The position numbers were made by a program, and so were the translations under genes. Of a stretch of 64,000 nt of DNA, positions 48,287-57,289 are shown piece by piece (position 1 is the first letter of the stretch; each line of letters opens with the position of its first letter). The notes below the pieces were generated by a model. The model had not been told where the DNA came from. It did no database searches and worked only from the letters and a program-made list of their open reading frames with translations. This DNA is from Candidatus Saccharicenans sp. (GTDB lineage: Bacteria > Acidobacteriota > Aminicenantia > Aminicenantales > Saccharicenantaceae): contig JBASPX010000045.1 of assembly GCA_049659625.1 (NCBI GenBank), forward strand, positions 96,317 through 160,316, written 5' to 3'.

Positions 48287-48435
48287 TAATAGTTGCGCTT
48301 TTTCTTCTGTTTGCTCACTCGACTTTAAAATTTTTTCCGCTCCACCGCCGGAAAAAAAATGGGAAGCAGCGATTTTTTTCACAAACAAATTGAATTTTTC
48401 CCCGAAATTTTATATTAATAATTCCTTATCGACCG

Positions 48436-49725
48436 ATGACAGACCCTGATATTATTCTCAGTCTTTTCAGCCGGCTCCGCCGGCGTTTCCCTGCTCTGGA
48501 AATCGATTCCAGCGGCCAGAAGCGTCTTTACCTGAATAGCGGAGCCGGAAGCCTGATGGTTGATTCTTCCGTCAGGGCCATGACCGAAGCCGGCCATCTT
48601 AATCCTATGCCCGGCCAGATAGCTTCTCCTGAAATAGCCACTGCGGATTTGCATAAAACGGTAAGACAGTTAGCCGCTGATTTTACCGGAGCTCGCCGTC
48701 CGGAAGAAATTTCTTTCCACTTTTCCACCACCGGGGCGCTTTTTAACCTGGCTTTCGCTCTGAGAAAACTATTCCAGCCGGGAAAAAACCTGCTGGTAAC
48801 CGACCTCGACCATTTCGCCAACATCACCCCGTGGGAAACCATAGGACGGGCCGGCGGCGCTGAAATCAGAACCGCTCGTTTAACTTCAGAGCTGACCCTC
48901 GACCTGAAAGACCTTCTAAGCAAGGTGGACAATAACACCGTGCTGGTGGCGCTAACCGGCGCCTCCAACGCTCTCGGAACAATCCTGCCACTGTCCGACA
49001 TTATCTCTGAAATAAAAAGAAAGTCCAGAGCGCTGGTGGTGGTTGATGCCGTTCATCTGGCTCCTCACACCCCGCTTGACGTTCAGGAATTCGGCTGCGA
49101 TTTCTTAGCCTTCTCCGGTTATAAAATTTTCGGTCCGATGATCGGAGTTCTGTATTCCAGGAGCGAAGCGCAGGAGCTGGCCTCTCCCTACCGGGTGGAA
49201 ACCAACAGACCTGATCCGCCGTACTGCTGGGAACAGGGAATGCTGCCAAACCAGCTGCTCGCCGGCTTAAAAGGAGCCTTCGATTACCTGATGGATGCAG
49301 GAAGTCAGGTAAAACCCGGAGACTCTCCGACTTACCCGCGAAAATTGTTCCTCCGGGCTATGGAGTCGATAAAAAAATACGAACTCGAACTCAGCCAGTA
49401 TTTTCTGGAAAGATGGAGAAGGATGGATTCCCCGCGGCTTAAGTTTTACGGAATTTCTGACCCGCGCCGGGCTCTTTCCAGGACTCCAACTTTCGCCCTT
49501 GAAATCCTGGGCATCGAGCCGGCTGAAGTTAAGAAGCAGTTCTGGGAAAACCACCGGATTCTTATCGCTGACGGCAACCATTATTCAGCTGTGGTGGTGA
49601 GACATCTCGGGAAGAAGGCTCTGAACAGAGTAAGTCTGGCTCATTACGACGGGCCCGATTCGATAGATCGCTTTTTTGACGGACTGGAACATATTATTTC
49701 TAAATTGAATAAATCGTCATCATAA
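48436..49725 (+). CDS. Class V aminotransferase-fold PLP enzyme (cysteine desulfurase / selenocysteine lyase-like).
   Basis: PLP-lysine region FLAFSGYKIFGPMIGVLYS, with overall SufS/CsdA-like organisation. Confidence 0.7.
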   Translation: MTDPDIILSLFSRLRRRFPALEIDSSGQKRLYLNSGAGSLMVDSSVRAMTEAGHLNPMPGQIASPEIATADLHKTVRQLAADFTGARRPEEISFHFSTTGALFNLAFALRKLFQPGKNLLVTDLDHFANITPWETIGRAGGAEIRTARLTSELTLDLKDLLSKVDNNTVLVALTGASNALGTILPLSDIISEIKRKSRALVVVDAVHLAPHTPLDVQEFGCDFLAFSGYKIFGPMIGVLYSRSEAQELASPYRVETNRPDPPYCWEQGMLPNQLLAGLKGAFDYLMDAGSQVKPGDSPTYPRKLFLRAMESIKKYELELSQYFLERWRRMDSPRLKFYGISDPRRALSRTPTFALEILGIEPAEVKKQFWENHRILIADGNHYSAVVVRHLGKKALNRVSLAHYDGPDSIDRFFDGLEHIISKLNKSSS

Positions 49726-49735
49726 GGAGTCAAAA

Positions 49736-50827
49736 ATGGCTAAATTCGAAGGAGTTAAATGGGCGCCCGGACAGATGCGTTATTTTCTCTACGACCGCAG
49801 CTTCGAGATGTTCGAAGCCGAAGCGAAAACCTACGCGGCCACCAGGTCAACCTACTACGCCAGCTTTCTCTGTTTTGAAGGGATAAGATATTTCTGCCGC
49901 CGGAACGAAAAAGGCAAGCTTGAACTGGTGTTCGTCAACTGGGACCAGAACCTCGAAAGGTTCAGACGAAGCATGGCCTTTAACCTCAGCCGGGAACAGC
50001 AGTCGATAGTGCCGACAGCACAGGAGCTTGAAGACCTGTTCATCAGAAAATTTTTCTCCCATCCGGCTCTGAGGTCGTACCTGGAAGAAATGGCGGATAA
50101 AGGGGCGCAGGGATATCTTCGTCCGTTCACCCTGGACGAAGAACATTCGATGGGGGTCACCTTTCCCAACTTCCCGTCGATAAGAGCTGTAACCTGCATG
50201 TACGACCGGTATCTGGGAGAGCCGTTCGTCGGAGTGGTCATTCCTCACCTGGTCAGAGCGCTGGGGGTAAACGGCACCGGCTGCCTGAAGCTTGGTATTA
50301 ATTATTTAATGAGCATCAAGGCAATCGACGAAGCCCGGGCGCTGGTTCCGGAAGCGGCCGCGGTTCTATTCCTTGATGACAGACCATACCTTCCGATCGA
50401 ACAGAGAGAAATCAGCGAGTGGGATTCTTCCTGCTGTCTTTTTGCCCTTGCCGACGGCACGGTGGTGAAGATACCGGAAAGCAACCTCATCCTGCCCTCG
50501 GTGACCATCAAAGGCATGGTCATCATTCTGAGAGAAATGGGAATAAAGGTGGAGGAAAGACCTTTCACCTACGGTGAGCTGCTGGAAAGAGTGCGGAAGA
50601 ATGAGCTGGTGACCGTGGCCAGTGTCGGGACCGCTGGAATCCTCAACCGCTGCGAAAAACTCGTCCTGGTGGACGCCTCGCTGAAAATAATCGGCGAGCA
50701 TCTGCCCCAGAAATCTCATCCGCTCTTTCAGAAACTGCGCGAGGTCAGGGAATATTACTGGAATGTTTACAAGGGAATCAGTCCGGCTCTTCCCGGTTTG
50801 AAAATCTTCAGGTACGAGATTGATTGA
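49736..50827 (+). CDS. Class IV aminotransferase-like PLP enzyme (branched-chain / D-amino-acid aminotransferase fold). Tentative.
   Basis: Length and C-terminal pattern (ESNLILPSVTIKGMVIILREMGIKVEERPF) resemble the class IV fold. Low certainty. AAGGAG RBS. Confidence 0.45.
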   Translation: MAKFEGVKWAPGQMRYFLYDRSFEMFEAEAKTYAATRSTYYASFLCFEGIRYFCRRNEKGKLELVFVNWDQNLERFRRSMAFNLSREQQSIVPTAQELEDLFIRKFFSHPALRSYLEEMADKGAQGYLRPFTLDEEHSMGVTFPNFPSIRAVTCMYDRYLGEPFVGVVIPHLVRALGVNGTGCLKLGINYLMSIKAIDEARALVPEAAAVLFLDDRPYLPIEQREISEWDSSCCLFALADGTVVKIPESNLILPSVTIKGMVIILREMGIKVEERPFTYGELLERVRKNELVTVASVGTAGILNRCEKLVLVDASLKIIGEHLPQKSHPLFQKLREVREYYWNVYKGISPALPGLKIFRYEID

Positions 50828-50949
50828 GCTATCAGAAAAACATTTATGAATTTCCCGCAAAACTCATCGGCGGAAACGACCGGAAAGATAAGGTAAACAT
50901 AACAGCAGTCGGAACTGCTGGGAAAATAATAAACAATAAAGGTTGACCG

Positions 50950-52248
50950 ATGTTCAGGAATCATCCGCGTTCCCTGGTGTACATCTTTCTCACCGAGATG
51001 TGGGAAAGGATCGGATTTTACACGCTGATGGCCATTCTGGTTCTTTACATGGACCAGGTTCTCGGCTGGAGCGATTCAAGCAAGGGTAACTGGTACGGTC
51101 TGTTCCTTGGTCTTTGCTACCTGTTTCCCCTGATTGGAGGCTGGCTCGGCGACCGGGTGTTAGGTCGTCTGAGAACTGTAAGAATCGGGGCGGTCCTGAT
51201 GGCTCTGGGTTACATCGGCCTGGCTCTTTCTTCAGTTTCACAGACGATAACCTTCAAGCTCGGACTCCTGCTGATAGCCATCGGGACAGGCATTTTCAAG
51301 GTTAACATGTCGGTGCTGGTGGGAAACATTTACCAGGATCGTCCCCAGCTCAAAGATGCCGGTTTTAACATTTTTTATATGGGAGTGAACCTGGGAGCGA
51401 TGCTGGCTCCCCTGATCGCCACCCTCAACAACGCGGTGTTTCACAGCTACCATCTGTCGTTCTGGGTTTCTGCTTTCGGACTGATTCTGGCTCTGACCAT
51501 ATTCCACTCCGGTAAAAGATATCTGGAACCGGCTGATGACCTGATTTCAAAAAAAACAGGTCTGAATAATCCCGAAGGTATCCAGACGAGCCATCCTGAC
51601 GAAAAGGAAGATACAGAAAATTTCCGTGAAAGAATAATCGCTCTGTCGATCCTTTTTTCCATCGTCATTCTCTTCTGGCTGGCTTTCTATCAGAATGGTT
51701 TCGCCCTGACCCTTTTCGCTGTCCGGTCCACCATGATCCTCAGCTGGCTGCGCCCGGAAACCTACCAGTTTTTCGAGCCGTTCTTCATTCTGGTGCTGAC
51801 TCCCCTGCTGCTCATGGTTTTCGCCAGATTGAGAGGTATCGGCAAAGAACCTTCCACACCGCGCAAAATCTTTTTCGGCATGATTTTCATGACTGGAGCC
51901 ATGCTGATCATGGTCGTGGCCTGCCTTCGTGGAGGCAATCAGGACGTTAACATCATGTCGCCGCTGTGGCTGATTTCCACTTATTTCGTGGTAACCATCG
52001 CCGAAATTCTGATCTCTCCGATGGGTCTTTCCTTTGTCTCCAAAGTGGCGCCGGCCAGAATCAGAGGTTTGATGATGGGCGGCTGGTACCTGGCAATTTC
52101 CCTCGGCAGCTACGGAAGCGGATTGCTCGGTAAACTCTACAGCCGTTTTCCCCACCATCAATTTTTCCTGATTCTGGCCGGGTTGCTGTCTCTGGCTGCC
52201 ATCCTGGTGCAGCTTTCGATGAAAAAGCTGGAAAAATATTCTCGCTGA
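50950..52248 (+). CDS. POT/PTR2-family proton-dependent oligopeptide transporter (MFS).
   Basis: ERIGFYTLMAILVLYM and GGWLGDRVLGRLRTVRIGAVLMALGY PTR2 signatures. Confidence 0.75.
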   Translation: MFRNHPRSLVYIFLTEMWERIGFYTLMAILVLYMDQVLGWSDSSKGNWYGLFLGLCYLFPLIGGWLGDRVLGRLRTVRIGAVLMALGYIGLALSSVSQTITFKLGLLLIAIGTGIFKVNMSVLVGNIYQDRPQLKDAGFNIFYMGVNLGAMLAPLIATLNNAVFHSYHLSFWVSAFGLILALTIFHSGKRYLEPADDLISKKTGLNNPEGIQTSHPDEKEDTENFRERIIALSILFSIVILFWLAFYQNGFALTLFAVRSTMILSWLRPETYQFFEPFFILVLTPLLLMVFARLRGIGKEPSTPRKIFFGMIFMTGAMLIMVVACLRGGNQDVNIMSPLWLISTYFVVTIAEILISPMGLSFVSKVAPARIRGLMMGGWYLAISLGSYGSGLLGKLYSRFPHHQFFLILAGLLSLAAILVQLSMKKLEKYSR

Positions 52249-52270
52249 GCATTAAATCAGGAGAAAGGCT

Positions 52271-53467
52271 ATGTTTGAAGAACACGTTCTGATTAAAGAA
52301 AAAACTTCTCAGGCGATAAAAATTCTGCAGGAACTCGACCTCGACTGCTGGATCACCTTCACCCGGGAAAGTGAAATCTGCGGCGACCCGGTGCTGGTGT
52401 TCCTGGCTCCCTCGCCCGTCACCTGGCATTCAGCCTTCATCATTACAGCAGACGGGCAGAAAAAAGCCATCGTCGGGCTTTACGATAAAAGATCCATAGA
52501 AGACACAGGTGCCTATGATTCTGTGGAAGGATACGTAACCGGGATAAAAGAACCTCTGCAGAAATTTTTAAGTTCGTTGAATCCCCGCCAGATCGCCATA
52601 AATTTTTCACGGACCAGCGAAATCTGCGACGGGCTGACCCATGGAATGTACCTGACGCTTTATGACTATCTTAAAGAAATCGGCCTGGAAAACAGACTGG
52701 TTTCAGCCGAGAGGTTAATCTCCGCCCTGAGAGAAAGAAAAACTCCGTATGAAATCCAGGCCATCAGAAAAGCGATAGAAGTCACCGAAGAAATTTTTCA
52801 CCTGGTGCAGAACTATATAGCTCCTGGCAGAACCGAAAAAGAGATAGCTGCTTTTATGTTGGAAGAAGTGAAAAAACGCGGTCTAAAAACCGCCTGGAGT
52901 CAGGCTACCTGTCCTGCGGTTTTTACCGGTCCGGACACCGCTCAGGCCCATTATGCCCCGACCGACAGGGTTGCCAGCCGGGGGCACATCCTGAACATGG
53001 ATTTTGGAGTCAAAGTGGAAAATTATTGTTCAGATATGCAGAGGACTTTTTACCTGCTGGAGGAAAACGAAACCTCAGCTCCATCGGAGGTGCGGAAAGG
53101 CTTCGAGACGATAGTGCGGGCAATCGAAGAAGCCAGAAAAGCCATGAAGCCCGGGGTGATCGGTCTGGAAATTGACAGAGTGGCCCGTGAAATCGTTACC
53201 TCTTCCGGCTATGACGAGTTCCCGCACGCTCTCGGCCATCAGGTTGGAAGATTCGCCCACGACGGAACAGCTCTTCTTGGCCCGGCCTGGGAGAAATATG
53301 CCGACAAACCGTTTCGTCCGCTCGAACCCGGGATGGTGTTTACGCTGGAACCCAGGCTAACCGTGCCCGGACGCGGCGTGGTGACCATCGAAGAGATGGT
53401 TCTGGTTACAGAAAAAGGAGCTGAATTTTTGAGCCACCCCCAGACCGAGCTGATTCTGATCGGTTAA
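52271..53467 (+). CDS. M24-family Xaa-Pro peptidase (prolidase / aminopeptidase P-like), cytoplasmic.
   Basis: HALGHQVGRFAHDG metal-binding region and the two-domain creatinase/prolidase layout. GGAGAAAGG RBS. Confidence 0.85.
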   Translation: MFEEHVLIKEKTSQAIKILQELDLDCWITFTRESEICGDPVLVFLAPSPVTWHSAFIITADGQKKAIVGLYDKRSIEDTGAYDSVEGYVTGIKEPLQKFLSSLNPRQIAINFSRTSEICDGLTHGMYLTLYDYLKEIGLENRLVSAERLISALRERKTPYEIQAIRKAIEVTEEIFHLVQNYIAPGRTEKEIAAFMLEEVKKRGLKTAWSQATCPAVFTGPDTAQAHYAPTDRVASRGHILNMDFGVKVENYCSDMQRTFYLLEENETSAPSEVRKGFETIVRAIEEARKAMKPGVIGLEIDRVAREIVTSSGYDEFPHALGHQVGRFAHDGTALLGPAWEKYADKPFRPLEPGMVFTLEPRLTVPGRGVVTIEEMVLVTEKGAEFLSHPQTELILIG

Positions 53468-53641
53468 GACATGGCTCTTATTTACCGGTCTCAAAAATAA
53501 TCCTGAAGGAAATGCTTCCCGCCTTTTGAATTCAGATCAGCTCCTGCAGACAGAAAAAAGGAATTCCAGCTTCCTAAGTTTTAACCTGATTCTGGAGTAA
53601 CTTAAATTCCTCGCAGAAATCAGCCATAAATTTCGACGGCC

Positions 53642-54606
53642 TCAATCTTCCCCGAATGGTTCTTCCAGGGAAAGAGCTTCCATCCCGCCGAGTATTCTCG
53701 CTCCGTTCTCGGTGACCACCATGCAGTCCTCAATTCTGATACCAAATTCGCCCGGCAGGTATATTCCCGGCTCGTTGGAAAAGGTCATCCCTGGCTGGAT
53801 TTTTAACTTGTTTCCAGCAACCAGATAGGGATATTCGTGTCCCTCCAGACCGATCCCGTGTCCCAGCCGGTGGCTGAAGTATTTATAGCCGGGACCAAAA
53901 CCTGCCTCCTCGATCACTTTTCTGGCTGCCCGGTCCACTTCCTCACAGGCCACACCCGGCCGGCAGGCTCTGAGTGCAGCCAGCTGCGCCCGTTTGACCG
54001 TTTCCCATATTTTTTTCTGAAGGTCAGTGGCCCGGCCGAAAACCAGAGTTCTGGTGACGTCGGAATTATAGCCTTCAACCCGGCATCCGCCATCGACCAG
54101 AATTATGTCTCCGCTTTCAAGATTTTTTCTCTTCCTCGATCCATGGGGATAAGAGGAAGCCGGACCGAAGGAGGGACTGCCTGAGCCTGCGACTCCCAGA
54201 CGGGCATGAGCTTCTCTGATGTAACCGGCAAGTTCTTCCTGAGTCATTCCTTCTTTGATTCTTCTGAAAGCTTCTCTGTAGGCCAGCTTGGTTATTCTGT
54301 TAGCCGCCTCCAGGCAGGTTATCTCTTTTTCCGTTTTCAGCCCGCGGCAGCCATCGGTAACAGCACTTCCGTCAACCAGCTCAAAATCGCCCGCGTCTTT
54401 TCTAAGCCCGTAGAAAATGAAACTTCTGGTCGACGGCTCCAGAGCTATTCTTTTAACGCGCGCATAATCACGGCCAGCAGTTTTGTTAACTTAGAGTCCT
54501 CTATTCCGGGTTTAACAGACCGGGTGCCGGCCAGAGCTGAAGCCAGTTTTCCGGCTGACAGGAGTATCAGGCTCCCGGCTTTTATAAAATCTCTTCTTCC
54601 GGCCAT
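53642..54606 (-). pseudogene. Decayed second M24 peptidase gene. A Tat-signal N-terminus lies in one frame and the remainder in another, with most of the N-terminal domain missing.
   Basis: The Tat ORF MAGRRDFIKAGSLILLSAG..MRALKE* occupies 54445-54606. The frame open from 54490 reads ..RIALEPSTRSFIFYGL..FELVDGSAVTDGCRGLKTEKEI.., which is the end of the M24 N-domain, then MTQEEL... through HRLGHGIGLEGHE in the catalytic domain. About 80 residues of the N-domain are absent. Confidence 0.5.
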
Positions 54607-54764
54607 GATTCATCTCCATTAAACCAATTTTAGTTTTGATAACTCAAAATCGAGCTGGCGTCAACAAAATTCTCTCTCATTATGCCTGGAGATTTTCACC
54701 CGCAACGAAAAATTACACTGATTTTCTATCTTTAAGACCTGATAATTTGTTCCTGTTCTTTTAG

Positions 54765-54778
54765 TTTAACCGGTTAAA
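54765..54778. promoter_or_regulatory. Perfect 14-bp palindrome TTTAACCGGTTAAA in an intergenic region; operator-like.
   Basis: Seen directly in the 195-bp spacer between the third C69 dipeptidase gene and the M24 remnant. No adjacent U-run. Confidence 0.2.
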
Positions 54779-54817
54779 AAAACTCTCTGCAGGATCTTAG
54801 CTGTCAACATAAAAGAA

Positions 54818-56455
54818 TCAAAAACCGCGTGAGTATTTTGCCCAGAAAAGCGCATAGAGCTCACGGTATTTCTGCATGGCCGCCCTGGCAAAATCTCCTG
54901 TGTACAGAGTGAGATACTGGTTTATGGTCAAAGGCTCGGCCTCGGGTTTTTTGCTGGCGGCTATTTCCAGAACTTTCTTCTCGACCATGGGCAGCTCGGC
55001 GAAAGCTTTCTCTTCAAAATATTTTACCGTATCTTCGATGATCTTCCGGTTTTCGCCCCAGCGCAGAATGGCCAGCCGGTTAGTCCGCCGGAACATCCAG
55101 GCTGCTGAATCCTCCCGGTAACCATGCTGACCGCAGACTTCAAACTCCGGCGGCAGCCCGGTCACGCCGGCAAAGATCGGAATTCTCGGGCTGAGGGCGG
55201 GATTGTCAAAAGCAAACCAGCAAACAGCGCCAACAGCCGGCGGCAGCCAGCTTCTGAGTTGAATGACTGTGGCGTAAGCGCAGGCGTTGATGGCGATCGT
55301 TCGCTGCGGGGTGATCGTCCCAGGTTTCAGCGTGTTGATCAGGGTAATCCAGTCCCTGGACATCCAGTTGCTGACCACCGGGCTTTTTTCCATCTCCTCG
55401 GAATTTCTCTTCTTGACCAGCAGGTTCCCGGTCATGTCGTACGGGGTGCCCTCGTATGTCTCACGGTACAGGCGAAGCACATCCCTCACAGAAAGCTTCT
55501 TCTCAGGCTTGACGGAAAAGGGAAGCTCCTCGGCGTTCATATCAAGCTTGAGGGAGGGAGCCAGCTGGCTGAAAACATAATATTCCCTGATGCTAAAAGG
55601 TTTCCGTCCGCTGTAGGCTTTCCAGAACTTAAAGGGTTCTCCTTTCTTCGGATCCCACCAGCCCATTTCCTCGGCCACCCGGAATACGTTGTCTGAAGCC
55701 AGGTAATGGTCGGGATCCTTCAAATTCAACTCTCCGATGCGCGGATTGTTGGCGGAAATACCAACATGGTCGTCAGGAATGCGCACGGCAGCCCAGACCG
55801 CGCCCTTTTCGAGCGGGCCGGCTCCGAAAATTTCAAAGTGCCAGACCTCGCGACTGTCAGCAATGGTCAGACATTCGCCGTAATCTCCATAACCGTATTC
55901 CTTCACCAGCTCTCCGGCCAGCTTGATGGCTTCCCTCGCGGTGCGGCATCTTTCCAGCATCACCCGCTCGAGCTCCTCTATCATAAACATGCCCTCGGGG
56001 TTGTAGAGCTCTTCCCTTCCGCCTATGGTGGTCTCACCTATAGCCAGACCGAATTCATTCATCGCAGGATAGGCGGTGTTCAGAAAAGCATAAGTCTCTG
56101 GAACCTCAGGTATTTCTCCTTTGAGAATCATACCCCTGATATCCCTGGGGTTTTCTGTGTGCATTCTGCCTTCGTACAGTTTATTGGTTTCTCCCTGCTT
56201 GTGCTGACGGCGCGGCACAATATTAACCCACTGCCGGTAATTGCCGTCGCAGGTATGGCAGGTGATGACCGAGCCATCAACCGTGGCCAGGCGCCCGACC
56301 ATGATGCTGGTACACCCCCAGCCTTCGTCCGTAAACTGCTCTTCATAAGAAGAGGTCTGAACTCCCGGCAGAGTCAAACCCAGCAGGACAAGGGCAGTAA
56401 AAAGAATGCTCAGGAGAAAATACCTTCGTCTGGATGATCCGGACATCACAAACAC
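54818..56455 (-). CDS. Secreted C69-family dipeptidase, paralogue 3 (more divergent).
   Basis: Signal peptide followed by GWGCTSIMVGRLATVDGSVITCH. Confidence 0.85.
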   Translation of the reverse strand: MFVMSGSSRRRYFLLSILFTALVLLGLTLPGVQTSSYEEQFTDEGWGCTSIMVGRLATVDGSVITCHTCDGNYRQWVNIVPRRQHKQGETNKLYEGRMHTENPRDIRGMILKGEIPEVPETYAFLNTAYPAMNEFGLAIGETTIGGREELYNPEGMFMIEELERVMLERCRTAREAIKLAGELVKEYGYGDYGECLTIADSREVWHFEIFGAGPLEKGAVWAAVRIPDDHVGISANNPRIGELNLKDPDHYLASDNVFRVAEEMGWWDPKKGEPFKFWKAYSGRKPFSIREYYVFSQLAPSLKLDMNAEELPFSVKPEKKLSVRDVLRLYRETYEGTPYDMTGNLLVKKRNSEEMEKSPVVSNWMSRDWITLINTLKPGTITPQRTIAINACAYATVIQLRSWLPPAVGAVCWFAFDNPALSPRIPIFAGVTGLPPEFEVCGQHGYREDSAAWMFRRTNRLAILRWGENRKIIEDTVKYFEEKAFAELPMVEKKVLEIAASKKPEAEPLTINQYLTLYTGDFARAAMQKYRELYALFWAKYSRGF

Positions 56456-56562
56456 TCCTTAAAATAAAAATTCCGGCTCTATTATCTTTTTTGCCACGGA
56501 GCAAGTCAAACTTATAGTCTCCATTGAGTTTATTATTAAAATGATTCAGGATAAAATTATGG

Positions 56563-57282
56563 TTGAAAGCCGAGGCCATGAGAATCAGTTTCAGCCAGCC
56601 AGTTTTCCTTCCCTGGGGAGGATTTTTTGGACGTTTGTTGCATTCGGACCTGATGATATTGCTTGACGGAACTCAATTTGCCCGCGGCTTCACCTTTGTC
56701 AACCGCAATCGACTGAAGGGACCGCAGGGAGAAATCTGGGTAACCGTGCCTGTAAAGAAAAAAGGGCTGGGTCTTCAGAAAATAAGTCAGCTGAAAATAC
56801 ATCAGCCGGATCGCTGGAGCGAAAAATTTCTGGGTCTGCTCAAACATTACTACCGGCATTCTCTCTTTTTTCACCTCACCGAAGAAGCTTTAAGAGAAAT
56901 TATCTGCCGCGCCGGAGACGATTTTTGCCGGCTGGCAGTTTCCAGCCTGAAATTCATGGCTCAGGCTTTCAGCATAAATCGTGAATTCATACTCCAATCT
57001 GAAACGCAGGTTGAAGGGAAAGGAAGCTCACTTCTGGTCTCTCTGGCCGTAAAGACCGGCGCCAGTGAGGTAATACTGCCGTACCTGGCCGACCGCCATC
57101 TTCAGATGAACCTTTTCCACGAAGCTGGTATAAAAGTGATTTTTCTGAAATACCTTCAGGAACCCTACCCTCAATTCTGGGGAAATTTCATCGGGAACCT
57201 TTCGGCCCTGGACCTCTGGCTTTGCTGCGGACCGCAGGGCTCGAGGAAAATCGCTAAGAGTTCCCGGCTGATCGATTCCTGA
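56563..57282 (+). CDS. WbqC-like family protein.
   Basis: N-terminal MRISFSQPVFLPWGGFF matches the WbqC signature M-x-x-x-I-x-Q-P-x-Y-L-P-W-x-G-Y-F. The real start may be the second ATG at 56578. Confidence 0.55.
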   Translation: MKAEAMRISFSQPVFLPWGGFFGRLLHSDLMILLDGTQFARGFTFVNRNRLKGPQGEIWVTVPVKKKGLGLQKISQLKIHQPDRWSEKFLGLLKHYYRHSLFFHLTEEALREIICRAGDDFCRLAVSSLKFMAQAFSINREFILQSETQVEGKGSSLLVSLAVKTGASEVILPYLADRHLQMNLFHEAGIKVIFLKYLQEPYPQFWGNFIGNLSALDLWLCCGPQGSRKIAKSSRLIDS

Positions 57283-57289
57283 GTTCCGG

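Noticed and set aside
48310-48345. Hairpin TTTTTTCCG-N9-CGGAAAAAA after the OYE stop, considered as a terminator.
   Set aside because: The stem is almost entirely A:T with only 3 G:C pairs, which is too weak to call.
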